Made by a program: the position numbers and the translations under genes
The notes under the pieces: model-generated
The model's database searches: none
What the model was told of the DNA's origin: nothing
The model's input: only the letters and a program-made list of their open reading frames with translations
Shown here: piece after piece, positions 26,951 through 39,285 of the stretch
How the letters are laid out: each line of letters starts with the position of its first letter
Position numbering within the stretch: position 1 is the first letter of the stretch
Source: Schizosaccharomyces osmophilus
Lineage: Eukaryota
NCBI RefSeq assembly: GCF_027921745.1
Contig: NC_079238.1
Location: 2,170,001 to 2,234,000, forward strand
DNA length: 64,000 nt
Direction: 5' to 3'

Positions 26951-27070
26951 ATTGTGCGTCAAAGCATTTTGCAAAAGCTAGCGTATCTGTTTCTTGCCTT
27001 TTACCAGAAACAGCCGTTTGCAAGGTGTGCTAATTTGACTGTTTAGTTTTTGTAACCCGTTTCTAAAGCT
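26951..27070 (+). ncRNA. snu5: U5 spliceosomal snRNA
   Basis: Invariant loop 1 TGCCTTTTACC closed by the stem CTGTTTCT/AGAAACAG; outer stem GTCAAA..GCA/TGC..TTTGAC; Sm-type site AGTTTTTG. Closely matches S. pombe U5 as I recall it. Ends approximate. Confidence 0.95.
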
Positions 27071-27612
27071 TTCAGCTTTAGGAAATCTTTACCAATGTTG
27101 GAGCATCGCTCTTGGATAGGTAATGGTTTTTTGAAGCTTAGTAGAAGCTTGGTTTACACTTGGTGCCATATTTTGTGTTTTATAAGTTTGGTGATACAGG
27201 TCTACGAAGAGTTTCTAAGTTTGTACTGGGTTTCTTGCTCTTCTGGAATGGAAGTATTTGACTTAGAAATAGAACAGATAGTAGTAAAAGGTAGCTTCTT
27301 TTTGAGATCGAACGAATGTCTTTTTAGTATGCGGTTTCTTTGTGGATTATGAGGTATAGTGTGTGAGGAAGTTTTTATTTTTTATTTTTTTAAAAACGTA
27401 GAGGAATAATAAGAATGGTTGATTGAAGCCTTTGTATGCTGAATGTATGTGTTCCAAATTAGTTTTTAGGTTTTTGGTTGGAGAGACAGCATTAGTTGGA
27501 AGGAGTATTTGAGCCAACGTTGTAGGAAATATTTATACACTCCTCCCTTTATGGAATCTTGTTGCCGAAATATAGCTGCTATTGTCTTCTTCTTTTCTCC
27601 TGCAAAACAAAC

Positions 27613-28320
27613 ATGCAAAACCCTGAAAAAGAAAAAACAGAGCAATCAAGGGTGTGGACGGCGACAGCCGTAGGAACAGCAGCCGTGGTTGGTATTTGGG
27701 CTGTTTGGCGATTTCGGAGGTTTGAAACAGTGCATGATATCCCAAAAGTTATGTTCCCTAAACGAATGCCGGATCAAACTCGAAGCTTCCGATCGCTCTT
27801 TGGCTATATTACACGAGTTGGTGATGGAGATAACTTTCGTTTTTTTCATACACCTGGGGGATATTGGCTAGGATGGCACTGGTTGCGTAAAGTGCCTACC
27901 TCACGGTCTGATTTAGCTTCCAAAACCATTTCCGTTCGACTAGCCGGGGTGGATGCACCAGAATCCGGTCACTTTGGAAAGAAAGCCCAACCCTTTTCCC
28001 TAGAGGCCAAACAATTCCTGTCGAAGACACTGTTACACAGAAATGTTCGCATAACTCCGCTAAAGATTGACCAATACTCGAGACTCGTAGCTGGCGTACA
28101 GTACTATCCTATCTCTCATTTTTTCTGGAAAAGGGACATTGGTCCAGCTATGGTTCAGAAGGGGTTAGCTGTTGTGTATGATGGAACAGATGGAGTCTTT
28201 TATCCATCTTCGAAGGAACGCTTGCAATTCCTTGAAAAAAAAGCAAAGAAGAAACAGCTTTGTCTTTGGTCTCAGGGGAAGCATCTGGTACTACCGTCTG
28301 AACACAAGCGAAACAGTTAG
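27613..28320 (+). CDS. lcl3: Staphylococcal nuclease-like endonuclease Lcl3
   Basis: N-terminal TM segment; VGDGDNFRFFHTPGG, VRLAGVDAPE, DQYSRLVA motifs. Confidence 0.92.
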   Translation: MQNPEKEKTEQSRVWTATAVGTAAVVGIWAVWRFRRFETVHDIPKVMFPKRMPDQTRSFRSLFGYITRVGDGDNFRFFHTPGGYWLGWHWLRKVPTSRSDLASKTISVRLAGVDAPESGHFGKKAQPFSLEAKQFLSKTLLHRNVRITPLKIDQYSRLVAGVQYYPISHFFWKRDIGPAMVQKGLAVVYDGTDGVFYPSSKERLQFLEKKAKKKQLCLWSQGKHLVLPSEHKRNS

Positions 28321-28730
28321 AGATCCCATATCCTCCGTTTCTGGTCAACCTTATGCATGGGCTCTTGAATTCAGTATCCGCATCGCGATGCATTCTCCCA
28401 AGAAAATGATGATCCATCATATTCGGAGTATATCATTCATTACCTAATTTCCCTTTACAAGCTATTTTTATTTTAAATCAATCTAACACCTGAACTCTTC
28501 TGCCTTTGTTTGTATATTAACGAGGACTACCAAGGGAACACTATCGGACACTATGTCCTGCTTAATTTCCATACTAACGGTTTACGAACCTCCGTAAAGG
28601 TCTGCTACTTACCATAAACAGAACGAACTCGAGTTGTAAACGATAGCTTTTAATTAATACTTTATTTTTTTATTTAATTTAAAAAACCTCCGTATATTGA
28701 AGGGATTCTTACTTGAGCAAGAAAGCTGCA

Positions 28731-30466
28731 ATGCCCCCTTCCAAATGGATGACTTCCTATGATCGAGCCGTTAAAAGTAAGTATTGATACATTCTATCAA
28801 ATGTTAACAGCAATGTCTAGAGGCTACAAAGATCAAATTAGCTGCTCCGAAAAGCAAACATGTGGAATTGATTTTGCAAGCTACATTTGAAGATCCTGAT
28901 ACACTAGATACAGTCATTCAGGATCTTTGTGAACGATTGAAAGATTCTTCATGGACTATCGTTTACAAATCGCTAATTGTATTTCATCTTATGTTAAAAG
29001 ATGGCTCCCCTGGCACTACGATTGTGGCTCTGTCCCAGCGTCCTCGTATTCTAGAAGTGGTGCGAGCATCCTCCTTAACAACCCAAGGTCAAAATATTTA
29101 TAATTATAGCAGATTCCTAAGTGAAAGAGTAAAGCAATATGGCCGTTTGGGTTTTGATTACGCTCAAGCGGGCGACGCAACCAAGAAAAAACTCAAACAA
29201 TTGACTGTCGATAAAGGTCTCATGCGCCATATAGATGGCATTCAGTCGCAGCTTAAAAGACTCTTAAAATGTCAGTTCCTTGTGGATGAAATTGATAACG
29301 ATATTACCGTGACCTCTTTCCGACTACTTGTTGGTGATTTATTAGTGCTCTTCAAAGCCATCAACATTGGCGTGATTAAATTGCTAGAGCATTATTTTGA
29401 AATGAGTCATACTGATGCAGAGCAATCCCTTCGTATATACAAAATGTTTGTCCGGCAGACCGAGGATGTTATAAACTTTTTGAGCACAGCTCGTTCCTTG
29501 GAATTCGTCACCAAATTTCCCGTTCCAAACATAAAGCATGCCCCTATTAGTTTAACATCCTCCCTGGAAGAATACCTACATGACCCCGATTTTGAACAAA
29601 ATCGTAACCAATATTTGAACAAAAAGACAAACCCAAATAAGTCTCGAGGTATTTTAGATCTATCCGAGACGTCTACGGAAGTACCGCAAGAAGGCAAAAA
29701 GGTGGAACCCTCGCTTCCAAAGGATAATACTTCATCTTTTGTGGATGAAATGTTACAAGAGGGAAACAATCTTCCCTTAAATTTAAAACAACCTTTTCTT
29801 TCTTTTAACCCGCCAAATAACTCATTTACTCCGCAACAATCTGCGCCAAATCCATTGAATCCTTTCCTTAATGCCTCTGCACCATATCAGTTACAACAAG
29901 CCCAAGCTGCTCCCATGGCGGTTCCCCAAATGACAGGAAATCCTTATGCTCAAATGCCATACAGTCCCCAAACGAATCCCTATAACCAAAATTTATCCCT
30001 TGCTCCTCCGATGCAAACTGGGCATGCTCCTTCACCAGTTACAAGTCCCTTCAATCCTCCAAATAGAGCACAGTCTGTAAACATTGATTATAGAAATCCT
30101 TTCCAAAACTATATGAATCTCAACCCACTTCAATCCCAATCGACGGGGTTTCAATCGCCTTCTATGACTCCTGGAGCCTTACAGAATCCCCCATCCTACT
30201 TTAATACTGAAACTCCACTATCATTTCCTGGAGCACCGAAGGGGGTACCAATGGATAGGCCAACACCTATCAGCGTTTACAATACGAATGCGAATTACAA
30301 TCCACAACCCCTAAGCCAGCAGAACACAATGAACTATCCCAACTACTCATCTCCTGCTCCCCTTAATGTCTCAAAAAATCCTTTTGCGGTCAAACAGTCC
30401 CAAGAGACTCAAAAGATAGCACAGAGTTCAATGACCGGCGAGTCAAAAAATCCATTCCGAATATAG
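28731..30466 (+). CDS. yap18: ANTH-domain clathrin adaptor, AP180 homolog (1 intron)
   Basis: MPPSKWMTSYDRAVK|KATKIKLAAPKSKHVE, WTIVYKSLIVFHLML, multiple NPF motifs in a low-complexity tail. Confidence 0.92.
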
Positions 30467-31520
30467 TTGGTCTTGTTTTTATCCTGTACCGTTAGGATCT
30501 ATAGCTAGATATATTCTCATACGCATTTGTAATTATAACAATGTTAAGTTAAGTCTCTCCTTGGCTAATTTTACTTGAGGTCCCGTATATGCAAGTGTTT
30601 CATAACCTGCATCATCTGGTCGTTAGAAAAATATATCGTTCAACTATTCCTCGTACTGGTGAAATAATATGGTTTAGAGTATTGCATCTGGGTAAACCGC
30701 TAAACACCTTCTTTTGGACTTTATACCTTTTCAAATTCGTTCTACGTACTTATGCTCTAGCTTACACCTTACGGTATCCACGACAGTCATACTGTTTGCA
30801 TGCTCTTTCAGTACGAAGCAATTCTAGTTATTTAAATCAAGTGTTAAAGAACAAGCGGGCTTGTCCTCTAGCAATCCATGTACTAACATGGATTTTTTTC
30901 TTATTTCAGGTTTTCGGATTGCAACTTTAGCGTCGCCAATTTGGTTTATTTCGTATACAAGTCAATTAAAAGCTATTTGTTGCGTCAAATCTTTACGCTT
31001 ATTAGTTTGTGATGAAATATTAGACAAGTTGTCAATAGTATACCCCATTCGATTTTTTTTTCATGAATAATGTTTTTCAATTAAAATCTATGAACAGTAG
31101 GAATTGAAATGTTTCACTGGTGTTCATTCCCATATGCTACTTCACATATACTATAGACAAAGCACTCTATAGATAATCTTCGAAACTATTGTGATGATTC
31201 ATTGCAATTGTTCCGCATGAAAAAAACTGCTACTCTAGCTTCTTTTTGAAAAAATCCCTTTTTGTGTAAATGCTCTTTGTAGGTTTTTTTAATCATTTGA
31301 TCTTTTCTACTTCTTTTGTTTTAAAATTTATAAAAAAATTTCCTAAAACGGGAATGTACTTTTGAATAGAAAATGATATAAGACATTTTTGTGTTTGTAT
31401 TCTTACTTTGATTAATTTGAAGCTGTTAAGCCTTCTCAAATGCTGTCAATGGTTTGTTTATTCAATTTATGAAAAAAAATAATAAAGGCCTCTACTATTT
31501 ATTTACATTTATGTCTGTTG

Positions 31521-31580
31521 TTGTTTACTTACATTACCGAGTTTGATGTTAAAACCGGTGTTGAAGCAAATGTAAACAAA
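31521..31580. promoter_or_regulatory. Two Mei4 FLEX boxes upstream of the sporulation septin
   Basis: TTGTTTAC at 31521-31528 and GTAAACAAA at 31572-31580. Confidence 0.7.
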
Positions 31581-31627
31581 GCAATTCCAACTTCCTTTCA
31601 ACAATAACCCTCAATTCAATAGCAAAA

Positions 31628-33068
31628 ATGAGATATGCTCCCAGATTTTATTCGAAGAAAGGCCAAAAGTTTCGTCTTATGGTCACTGGTTCCAGTTGTA
31701 CTGGATATCAATCCTGTATTAATGCTCTCTGCGAAAAAAGGATCTTAGACGAGCAATTGGAGGTGAATCCTGAAGAAGCTCACCTGGAAAGACCATTAGA
31801 GATTATAGAACATGAAGCAGGTATGTGGTTACCTAATTATTATTTTCTAATGTTGTTCAGACATCCAAGGAGAAGAATTCCGTGTTGCTTTAACTGTTAT
31901 TGAAGTCTGTGGATTTGGCGATATGCTTGATAGATCCTCAAAGTATGAGCTTCCAACATTTATTTAAACATACACTAATAACCTATAGCTTTGATGTTGT
32001 AACCGAGTACTTGGAAAATCAGCTTGACCAAGTTTTAGTTGAGGAGTCCAAGATTCGAAGAAATTCTAAATTTGTTGATAAGGTTAGAACTATTTTGTTT
32101 ATGTTGATATTAACTTGTAACAGAGAGTGGATGCTTTACTCTACTTCATTGAGCCGTATGGGCATTGTTTATCTGAATTTGATTTAGAAGCAATGAGACG
32201 CTTTTCCAAGAGAGTCAACGTTATACCTGTCATTGGAATTGCTAATGCCTTCACAAGGGAAGAATTGAGGTCTTTCAAGCGAAGGATTCTTCAAGAACTC
32301 GTAGATGAGAACATTCATGTCTTTGACTTCCCTTACGATGAAGACGAAGATGAAGATGAGGTTGTTGAAGAAAATAAGCGACTCCAATCGCGTCTTCCAT
32401 TTGCGGTGTCTGGTGCCGCAGTCGGCGATAATTTACAGGATTTCGACGAGCTTGCCAAACATTTCCCATGGGGAATTTTTAACATTGACGATCCATCGCA
32501 CTCCGACTTTGTAGATTTGAAAACCACTTTGTTCATCTCTCACTTACAACATCTGAAGTTTATTACTCAACAATATTACTATGAAACCTATCGTACAGAA
32601 AGGCTTTCTAATGCTTCATTGTCCTCTAATTCTTCGTATGTTAATTCCTTGAAACTCTCGACTCAGGTACTAACTAAGTATAGGCATTTGCTAGTCGACC
32701 ACGAAGAATCCAAACAAAGTGGATTGAAACCTCATGAAACGAATGAATTTGAAATCTATGAACAAACCTCTCATGCACCAATTAGTTCTCAATCGTCAGT
32801 CAAACATGCGCAGTCGAAGTCGGGTATTAATTCTGCTTCACCAAGTATTAAATCTAAACAAACTTTACAAAAGAGAGACTCTATTAAATCTACAACATCA
32901 AGTAAAATTAAAATTCCTCATGTTGAAACGAGTTTGCGTGAATTTCCCCAAAGGAATTCTTCCAAGAGAAACGCCCAGGTTAACGAAATTGGTGAAACCA
33001 AAGTGCTACAATCGGACGACGTTGCTCACGGTCGCTTTGAAAACGTTCCCTGTACCAGTACGAAATAA
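31628..33068 (+). CDS. spn7: Sporulation-specific septin Spn7 (multi-exon)
   Basis: KKGQKFRLMVTGSSCTGYQ, LTVIEVCGFGD, RVDALLYFIEP, RVNVIPVIG, FPWG..DDPSHSDFVDLK, YYETYRTERL; FLEX boxes upstream. Confidence 0.88.
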
Positions 33069-33599
33069 TGGCTCAGAAACGTTTTTATGGCTCCCTCATT
33101 CAGCTCGTCGACATTCGCGCCCGTGAATGCAAGTCGTCTAACGTTCAATTAAGTGCTTAGTATATATTATTAGAAGTAAATAATTGATTTAATTGAGATT
33201 CCAAAAGTCTGTTCTTACATAAAGCTCTAGTTATATACGCCCAACGAAGAACTTGCATTCATTTCATATAACCAAGCAAAAGAATAAAGTGTACTAGGGA
33301 AACAAAATATTGTTCAAATGACAGTAAACATCGTTCTGGAATTACTCAAAATCAGTGATACATATTTCAGCACTGCAACAGGAGAATACGAAGTCTAGTT
33401 TCATAATTATACCATGATCCTTCTTCAAGAAATATAATATTTTGGTGAAGAAAGACGAATATTTTGAGCAATCGACTAAAACGAGGTCTTTAACCGACTA
33501 TGACCAGCTGCGTCGTATAACCAAAGAACAATGATCCGCAGCTAAAGATTTTGCCGTTATTCTTGGTTCATCCCTCAAAAATTATACTTCCAGAACTGC

Positions 33600-34560
33600 A
33601 AATACCAAATTCACTATTTTAAGGGCATCGCTGAAGGCTCAAGTCCTTCTATTTGCATTGTACATAATAAAGGCAGTATGGTTAGTACGCGGACAAGATA
33701 TTCCATAATCCATCTAAAAGCTACACCCATGAGTTTAGTATTGCCTGGTTTGAGAAAGAATGGACCGTTCATTCTCAGCAAAATCATATATATATCCCCA
33801 AAGCATACAGTCCGTGTGTTACAACAAACAATACATTAAATCGGCGTATGCGCTTAAACATAATTTATGAGCACTGCCAACAGGGGAACTTACTGAACCA
33901 CAATTTGGAAAGTAAATCAACAATGGAAGATGAATGTTGTTTCTAAAGCAAATCCTAAGGGCCGTGAACTACCTTTCACAAAAAATGGAATAGCTCATCG
34001 AGATCATAAACCGAAAAACATAATGGTAAGTTCCGATGGAAACCTGAAAATCGGTGATTCCGGAACAAGTAAAATAGTATAGACTAACAAGGAAGTTCAG
34101 TATCCAAGAAATTAATTAATGGAGCAGTGGGCAGCTTGGCATACTTAGCAGCAGAAGCATTCCACGAAGAAGGTGAGATGACCATATAAAAATTCACTTA
34201 ATTGAAGTGATTGAATAAAAAGTATAGAAAATTGTGGAATTCAAGCAAACCTTCGGCCATGTGGATTTTTATCATGGTCTTTTCACCGGGTATTCCCTTC
34301 CAATCAGCGAAAATGAAACAGAATATTTAGTCGATACATGCAGCTTTTAGAAGAAAAGGTTAAGAAAACTAGTACTCAACATCCAAGGCTTCGGGATCTA
34401 GCAGTAAGGACTTTACCAACTTTACAACTACTTCGGCGAATACCTCAGGGCGCAAAAAAAAATCATCCTAATTTTACTGGACCCTGATCCCCAAAATTGA
34501 ACTTCTATAAATTCAGCCCTTCGTTTTCCGTAGGTACGCAAAATCGATTGCTGTTGTCCT
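33600..34560 (+). pseudogene. Decayed Ser/Thr kinase at the ppk24 syntenic position
   Basis: Fragments in order: YFKGIAEGSS, YEHCQQGNLL, KQILRAVNYL / frameshift / GIAHRDHKPKNIMVSSDGNLKIGDSGTS then TAG at 34080-34082, then AVGSLAYLAAEAF. No ORF of 60 aa or more. Boundaries approximate. Confidence 0.8.
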
Positions 34561-34985
34561 AAGTCAACCCTTTCTTATCCTGAGTCTCATTTTTCTTCCG
34601 AGCTCCAAAAAGTTCTTTCTTGACGCATCTCAACCTGTTTATTTTATAAACAGCTTACCAAAAATTCATAATCGCTAGCGATTGCTGAGGAAGAACAATC
34701 AATGACTTGTTCAACCTTTCAAAAAAGCATAAATGAGCCAAAAGGGATAAAAACAACAAACTATATATAGAAAAGTAATGTTGAAATAATTAGGAAATTT
34801 CTACTTGCTTTTTTTTGGGAAAAGGGAACATATGAGTAGGTACCTGAATTCCAACTACCTTCGCTGTCTGATCAAATCACCCATAATAAATAAAGCAAAC
34901 AGTGAAGGCACTTCTAAGGGAAAAGGCTACTATTTTGGCTTTTTTCGGTTAAATATAATTATTTATTAAGCCTCTTTTTGAAGTC

Positions 34986-37900
34986 ATGCATAATTTTGAT
35001 CATGCGTCGAGCATAGTAAGCTAAATTTTGATTCTTTAAAGAATGTGTCACTGATCGTTCTATAGACATTGGGTGACTGTCTGGGAAAAGGAGCCTTTGG
35101 GGCTGTTTATCGAGGTTTAAATATAAAAAATGGTGAAACTGTTGCAGTAAAACGCATCAAGGTGTCCAAAATCATGAAAATGGATCTTTCCGTCATTAAA
35201 GTACGAAGCTCATTTTGTTTCAAAAACAAGGGAATTCTAACCGTGCGATTGCTAGATGGAGATTGATTTATTGAAAAACTTGGATGTATGGTTTCTACTG
35301 TTGTCGACTGAAAAAAACTAACAATACGATAGCATCCGAACATTGTAAAATACAGAGGCTCCTATCAATTTGATGATTCACTTTGTATTGTTTTAGAGTA
35401 TGCATAGTTGTAATCTCTCATACCAGACTAACGAAGTATGGTAGATATTGTGAAAATGGATCGCTGCATTCAATCTGCAAGAATTTTGGAAAGATACCTG
35501 AAAATTTAGTTGCTATATATACGTACCAAGTTTTACAGGGATTACATTACTTGCATAACCAGGGTGTTATTCATCGCGATATTAAAGGTGCAAATATACT
35601 GACAACAAAAGATGGAACAATCAAACTCGCGGATTTTGGAGTTGCAACAAAAATGAATGCTCTAGACGAACATAGTGTCGTCGGTAGCCCATATTGGAGT
35701 ATGCTAAAAACCGGTTTGTATATATGTTCTTTTTCTAACATAAACAGTGGCACCCGAAGTCATTGAGTTAATTGGGGCAACTACCCCTTCTGATATTTGG
35801 AGTGTTGGATGTACAGTGATAGAATTATTAGAAGGAACTCCTCCCTATTATGATTTGGATCCAACAGCTGCTCTATTTCATATGGTCAAGGATGAACATC
35901 CTCCCTTTCCTTCGAATATTTCATTATCAGCAAAGAGTTTTTTAGCACAATGCTTTCAAAAGGACCCAAATCTTCGAGTCGGAACAAAGAAACTACTAAA
36001 ACATCACTGGGTTACTGCTCATCAAACATCTACGAAATTTACAGATGCTATTGATGAAGTCCAAAAATACAACGAGCGAGTCAATGAGGACAACATGAAT
36101 TTTATAAACGAAACGACTACTCATAACATAAATCCAACTCTGCATTCTGATAGACAATGCTCTTATCATCCTCCTGAACCTCCCAGAACACCTCCGCCTA
36201 TCGAAACAGAGAGTAAGTGTTTTTAATTTTATTTGTTACTAACTTTCTTCTTCAGGATGCGATGTTTGGGATGACGAGTTTCAGGGTACTCTGAAAATTA
36301 ATAATGATGTACTGAAGAAATCTGAGCATTTCTTGAATTTTTATAATGATTTCAAGAGTAAAAATACTACTTCAAGTTCTACAAATTCATCCCCTTCTAA
36401 AAGCAAGAAATCTGTTAGTGTTGACCGGGGAAGTGAAGTTGTGGACTTTGTACAGAAACGCTCATCACCAGAATTATTGACGGTAAGTATTTATGATATC
36501 TTGTAATACTAATTGTTATAGCCGGCACTTAATAGATCCATCGATCTTCAGCAGACTCCAAAACATCACAGATACCTCTCAACTGGTAAGCTAATTTCGT
36601 TTTATTTTTGCTAACTTTTACAGAACTCAAAGAAGATGTTCCTGATGGTCTGGAAAAGTTCGTTGAAACCAAAAAGGATAGTGAATTCACTGATGTATTC
36701 CCTGCTTCATCGATTAAAATCCAGGGTCTTCGGAAAGAAAAAGGTTTGGGAACACTACTTTTAAATAAATCTTATAATTCCTGGAACAATGAGGATGAAG
36801 AAACCGATGATGATAATGAACTTTTCGATTCTCTTGATTCCGAGGCTGAGAACCTGAACATGGAAAATAATATTCTGCTGGATAAGCGATCTCGATTAGT
36901 TTCTTATTTGAAAGATATTTTGAAGGGATTAATTGAAAAAAAATTGGAAGATAGACCTCCTATTGTTACCCAAATCGTATGAGATTTATGTTTGAATTTG
37001 TTATGTTAATAAATATAGGCTTCGATTTTAACAGAGGACATAAGCTTAAAGGATGAATTAGTGAAAGCACATGGGATGCTTCCTCTTATTGAAACGCTGA
37101 GCGAAATCAATGATACGTCTTTACAGCTATTATTATTAAAACTCATCAACACGGTATGTACCCTTTAAATAATTCGTTAGCTAATTGAAAAGATTATTTA
37201 TGATAATTATTCAACGTTACACAGGTTCTGCTTCTCCGGCGGATTGTCTGTCGTGTTAAAGTTTTCTGAAAGATCCTACCCATGGGATTTTCGTTATGAA
37301 AGTGCTGTTTTCATTCAACAAATGTATAGAGCGTCATCATTGTCCCTTCAGATGTTTATTGGTGTTTCAGGAATTCATATTCTATTGTCGTTTTTAAAAG
37401 AAGATTATGCAAAAAGTAAAGATTTGGTTTTTGTAGGTGCTGAAGGATTATGGAAGCTACTTAGGCAGCAGGATTGTATACCAAAAAATGATGTTTGTCG
37501 TATAGTCGCACGTTCCGATGTTTTAGAACCTATGACAAAGAGTATGCTTAAGGCTTTGGCTGCGGATGACTCCTCTTCTCGACTTTGTTTATCGAGGCTT
37601 TGTGAAATATTGTTAGCACTATCTCAGTCGGAAACTTACGTTAAAGAAGCCCTTTTGAACGAAAACATTATTAGGAGAAACTTACGTATTCTTTTGTATT
37701 TACCCATTGAAGAGATGGTGATAATGTTGCAATTTATAAAGCAGATTTCTATGGTACCGTCGTCAATAAACTTACTCAGAAAAGTGCATTTAATACCCCT
37801 TTTAACGCACATACTCGGAGATCCGAAATTAAAAAATAACAGAAAAGAGATACGGAATGAATCACTGGCTACTTTGTTCAACATCTGCCGTTTAGATAAG

Positions 37901-38608
37901 AAATCACAGGAAAAAGCAGTTATTTCTGGAGCAATACCGTTATTACAGGAAACGGCTGTCAAAGACAAAATATTAAAGGAGTTTGCATTGCCAATCTTAT
38001 TGACACTTCCACAGTGTAGTCCTATATGCAGGCAGTACTTATGGAAAAACAAAGGGCTCGAATTTTTCCTTTCACTTTTGCAAGATTTAAATTGGCAATC
38101 AGCTGCTTTAGATACTGTATCTGTGTGGCTTCAATACGAATTTAAAGAAATACAGCATGCTCTTTTGGAAAAACGATATGTGCATCTAGTTCTTAAAGTG
38201 TTCTGTTCGGCCCAGTCTACTTCGTTTAATCGCTTGTTAGATGGAATTAGTAGAATATGCCAACTTTCCCCTAAACTAGCAGCGAGCTACGGCCAGCCTT
38301 TAGTTTTCCAAAAGCTAGGAGATCGTTTGTTACATGGAAAGCCCAAACCAATTACATTATTGAATGCTTTCCAAATGCTCAAATCCATGTGTGAAAGTAA
38401 TCCATCCTGCAAAGTGTACATCTCTCAAAATGACTTACCTGATTTAATCCATCAGCAAAGCCGAACTAGTGATTCCGTCTTGGTCCGGGAATTGGCCAAA
38501 GATCTTTTAAAGCAAGTGAAGAGCTCAAACATCCAGAGCAATCCCTCTATTTCAAAACCTGATATGCCTCCGCCAAAACGATCATCTAAAGCAGTTGCAA
38601 ATCGTTAA
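34986..38608 (+). CDS. cdc7: Septation initiation network kinase Cdc7 (Cdc15-like), about 10 introns
   Basis: [58 protein letters not shown], and a C-terminal armadillo-like region. Confidence 0.95.
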
Positions 38609-39285
38609 TGCTACAATTGAGCTTGTGAACTAAAGTTACAATATAATCTGAAATCTTTACAGATGTCTTAAGTTTGAGGTGACGGAGGCCTCTACATTAC
38701 TTGAGCATCTTTTCCGTTAATGTCTTCCTTATTAATGTTTTAGTTATGTTAATGAATTTTTTTGTACCTTTTGATGGAGCACTTGCTTAAATTAGTAAAT
38801 ATAAGACCATTTCATTTCAGAGAAGTAAAAAAGATTTGCTTTATACACATCTAAATTATTCCTAACATAAAATCCACTCCGCAAGTATAAAGGTGAATTA
38901 GTGGAATGTGCGATTTCAATCTTACAAATATTGAATGAGAAACTAACACTTACAATATATTTGAACTTTACTATTACAAAAATAAAATTACCAAGAAGTT
39001 TGGTAACTGATTTACTGTCTTAATAGAAAGTTTTGTCTCTGATTTATGCATGCCCTGACTTCATATTTTTTCACAAAAAACGTTCATTTCTATATCAAAC
39101 ACATTTAAGGGAAGAACTATTTATTTAGTGATAAATCTTTATTTTTTAAAAAAATTGTACATTCTCTTTAATTTCGAAAAGCAATAACCGATGCACAAAC
39201 TCAATTGCTATTGAAAGTACAGATCCAGAATCCATAGCTTTTGACCAAGGTTATTGCTAATTTCTTTTAAATATACCTATCTGAG

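Noticed and set aside
26840..27046. 68-aa ORF on the + strand
   Set aside because: It overlaps the U5 snRNA and its promoter; spurious.
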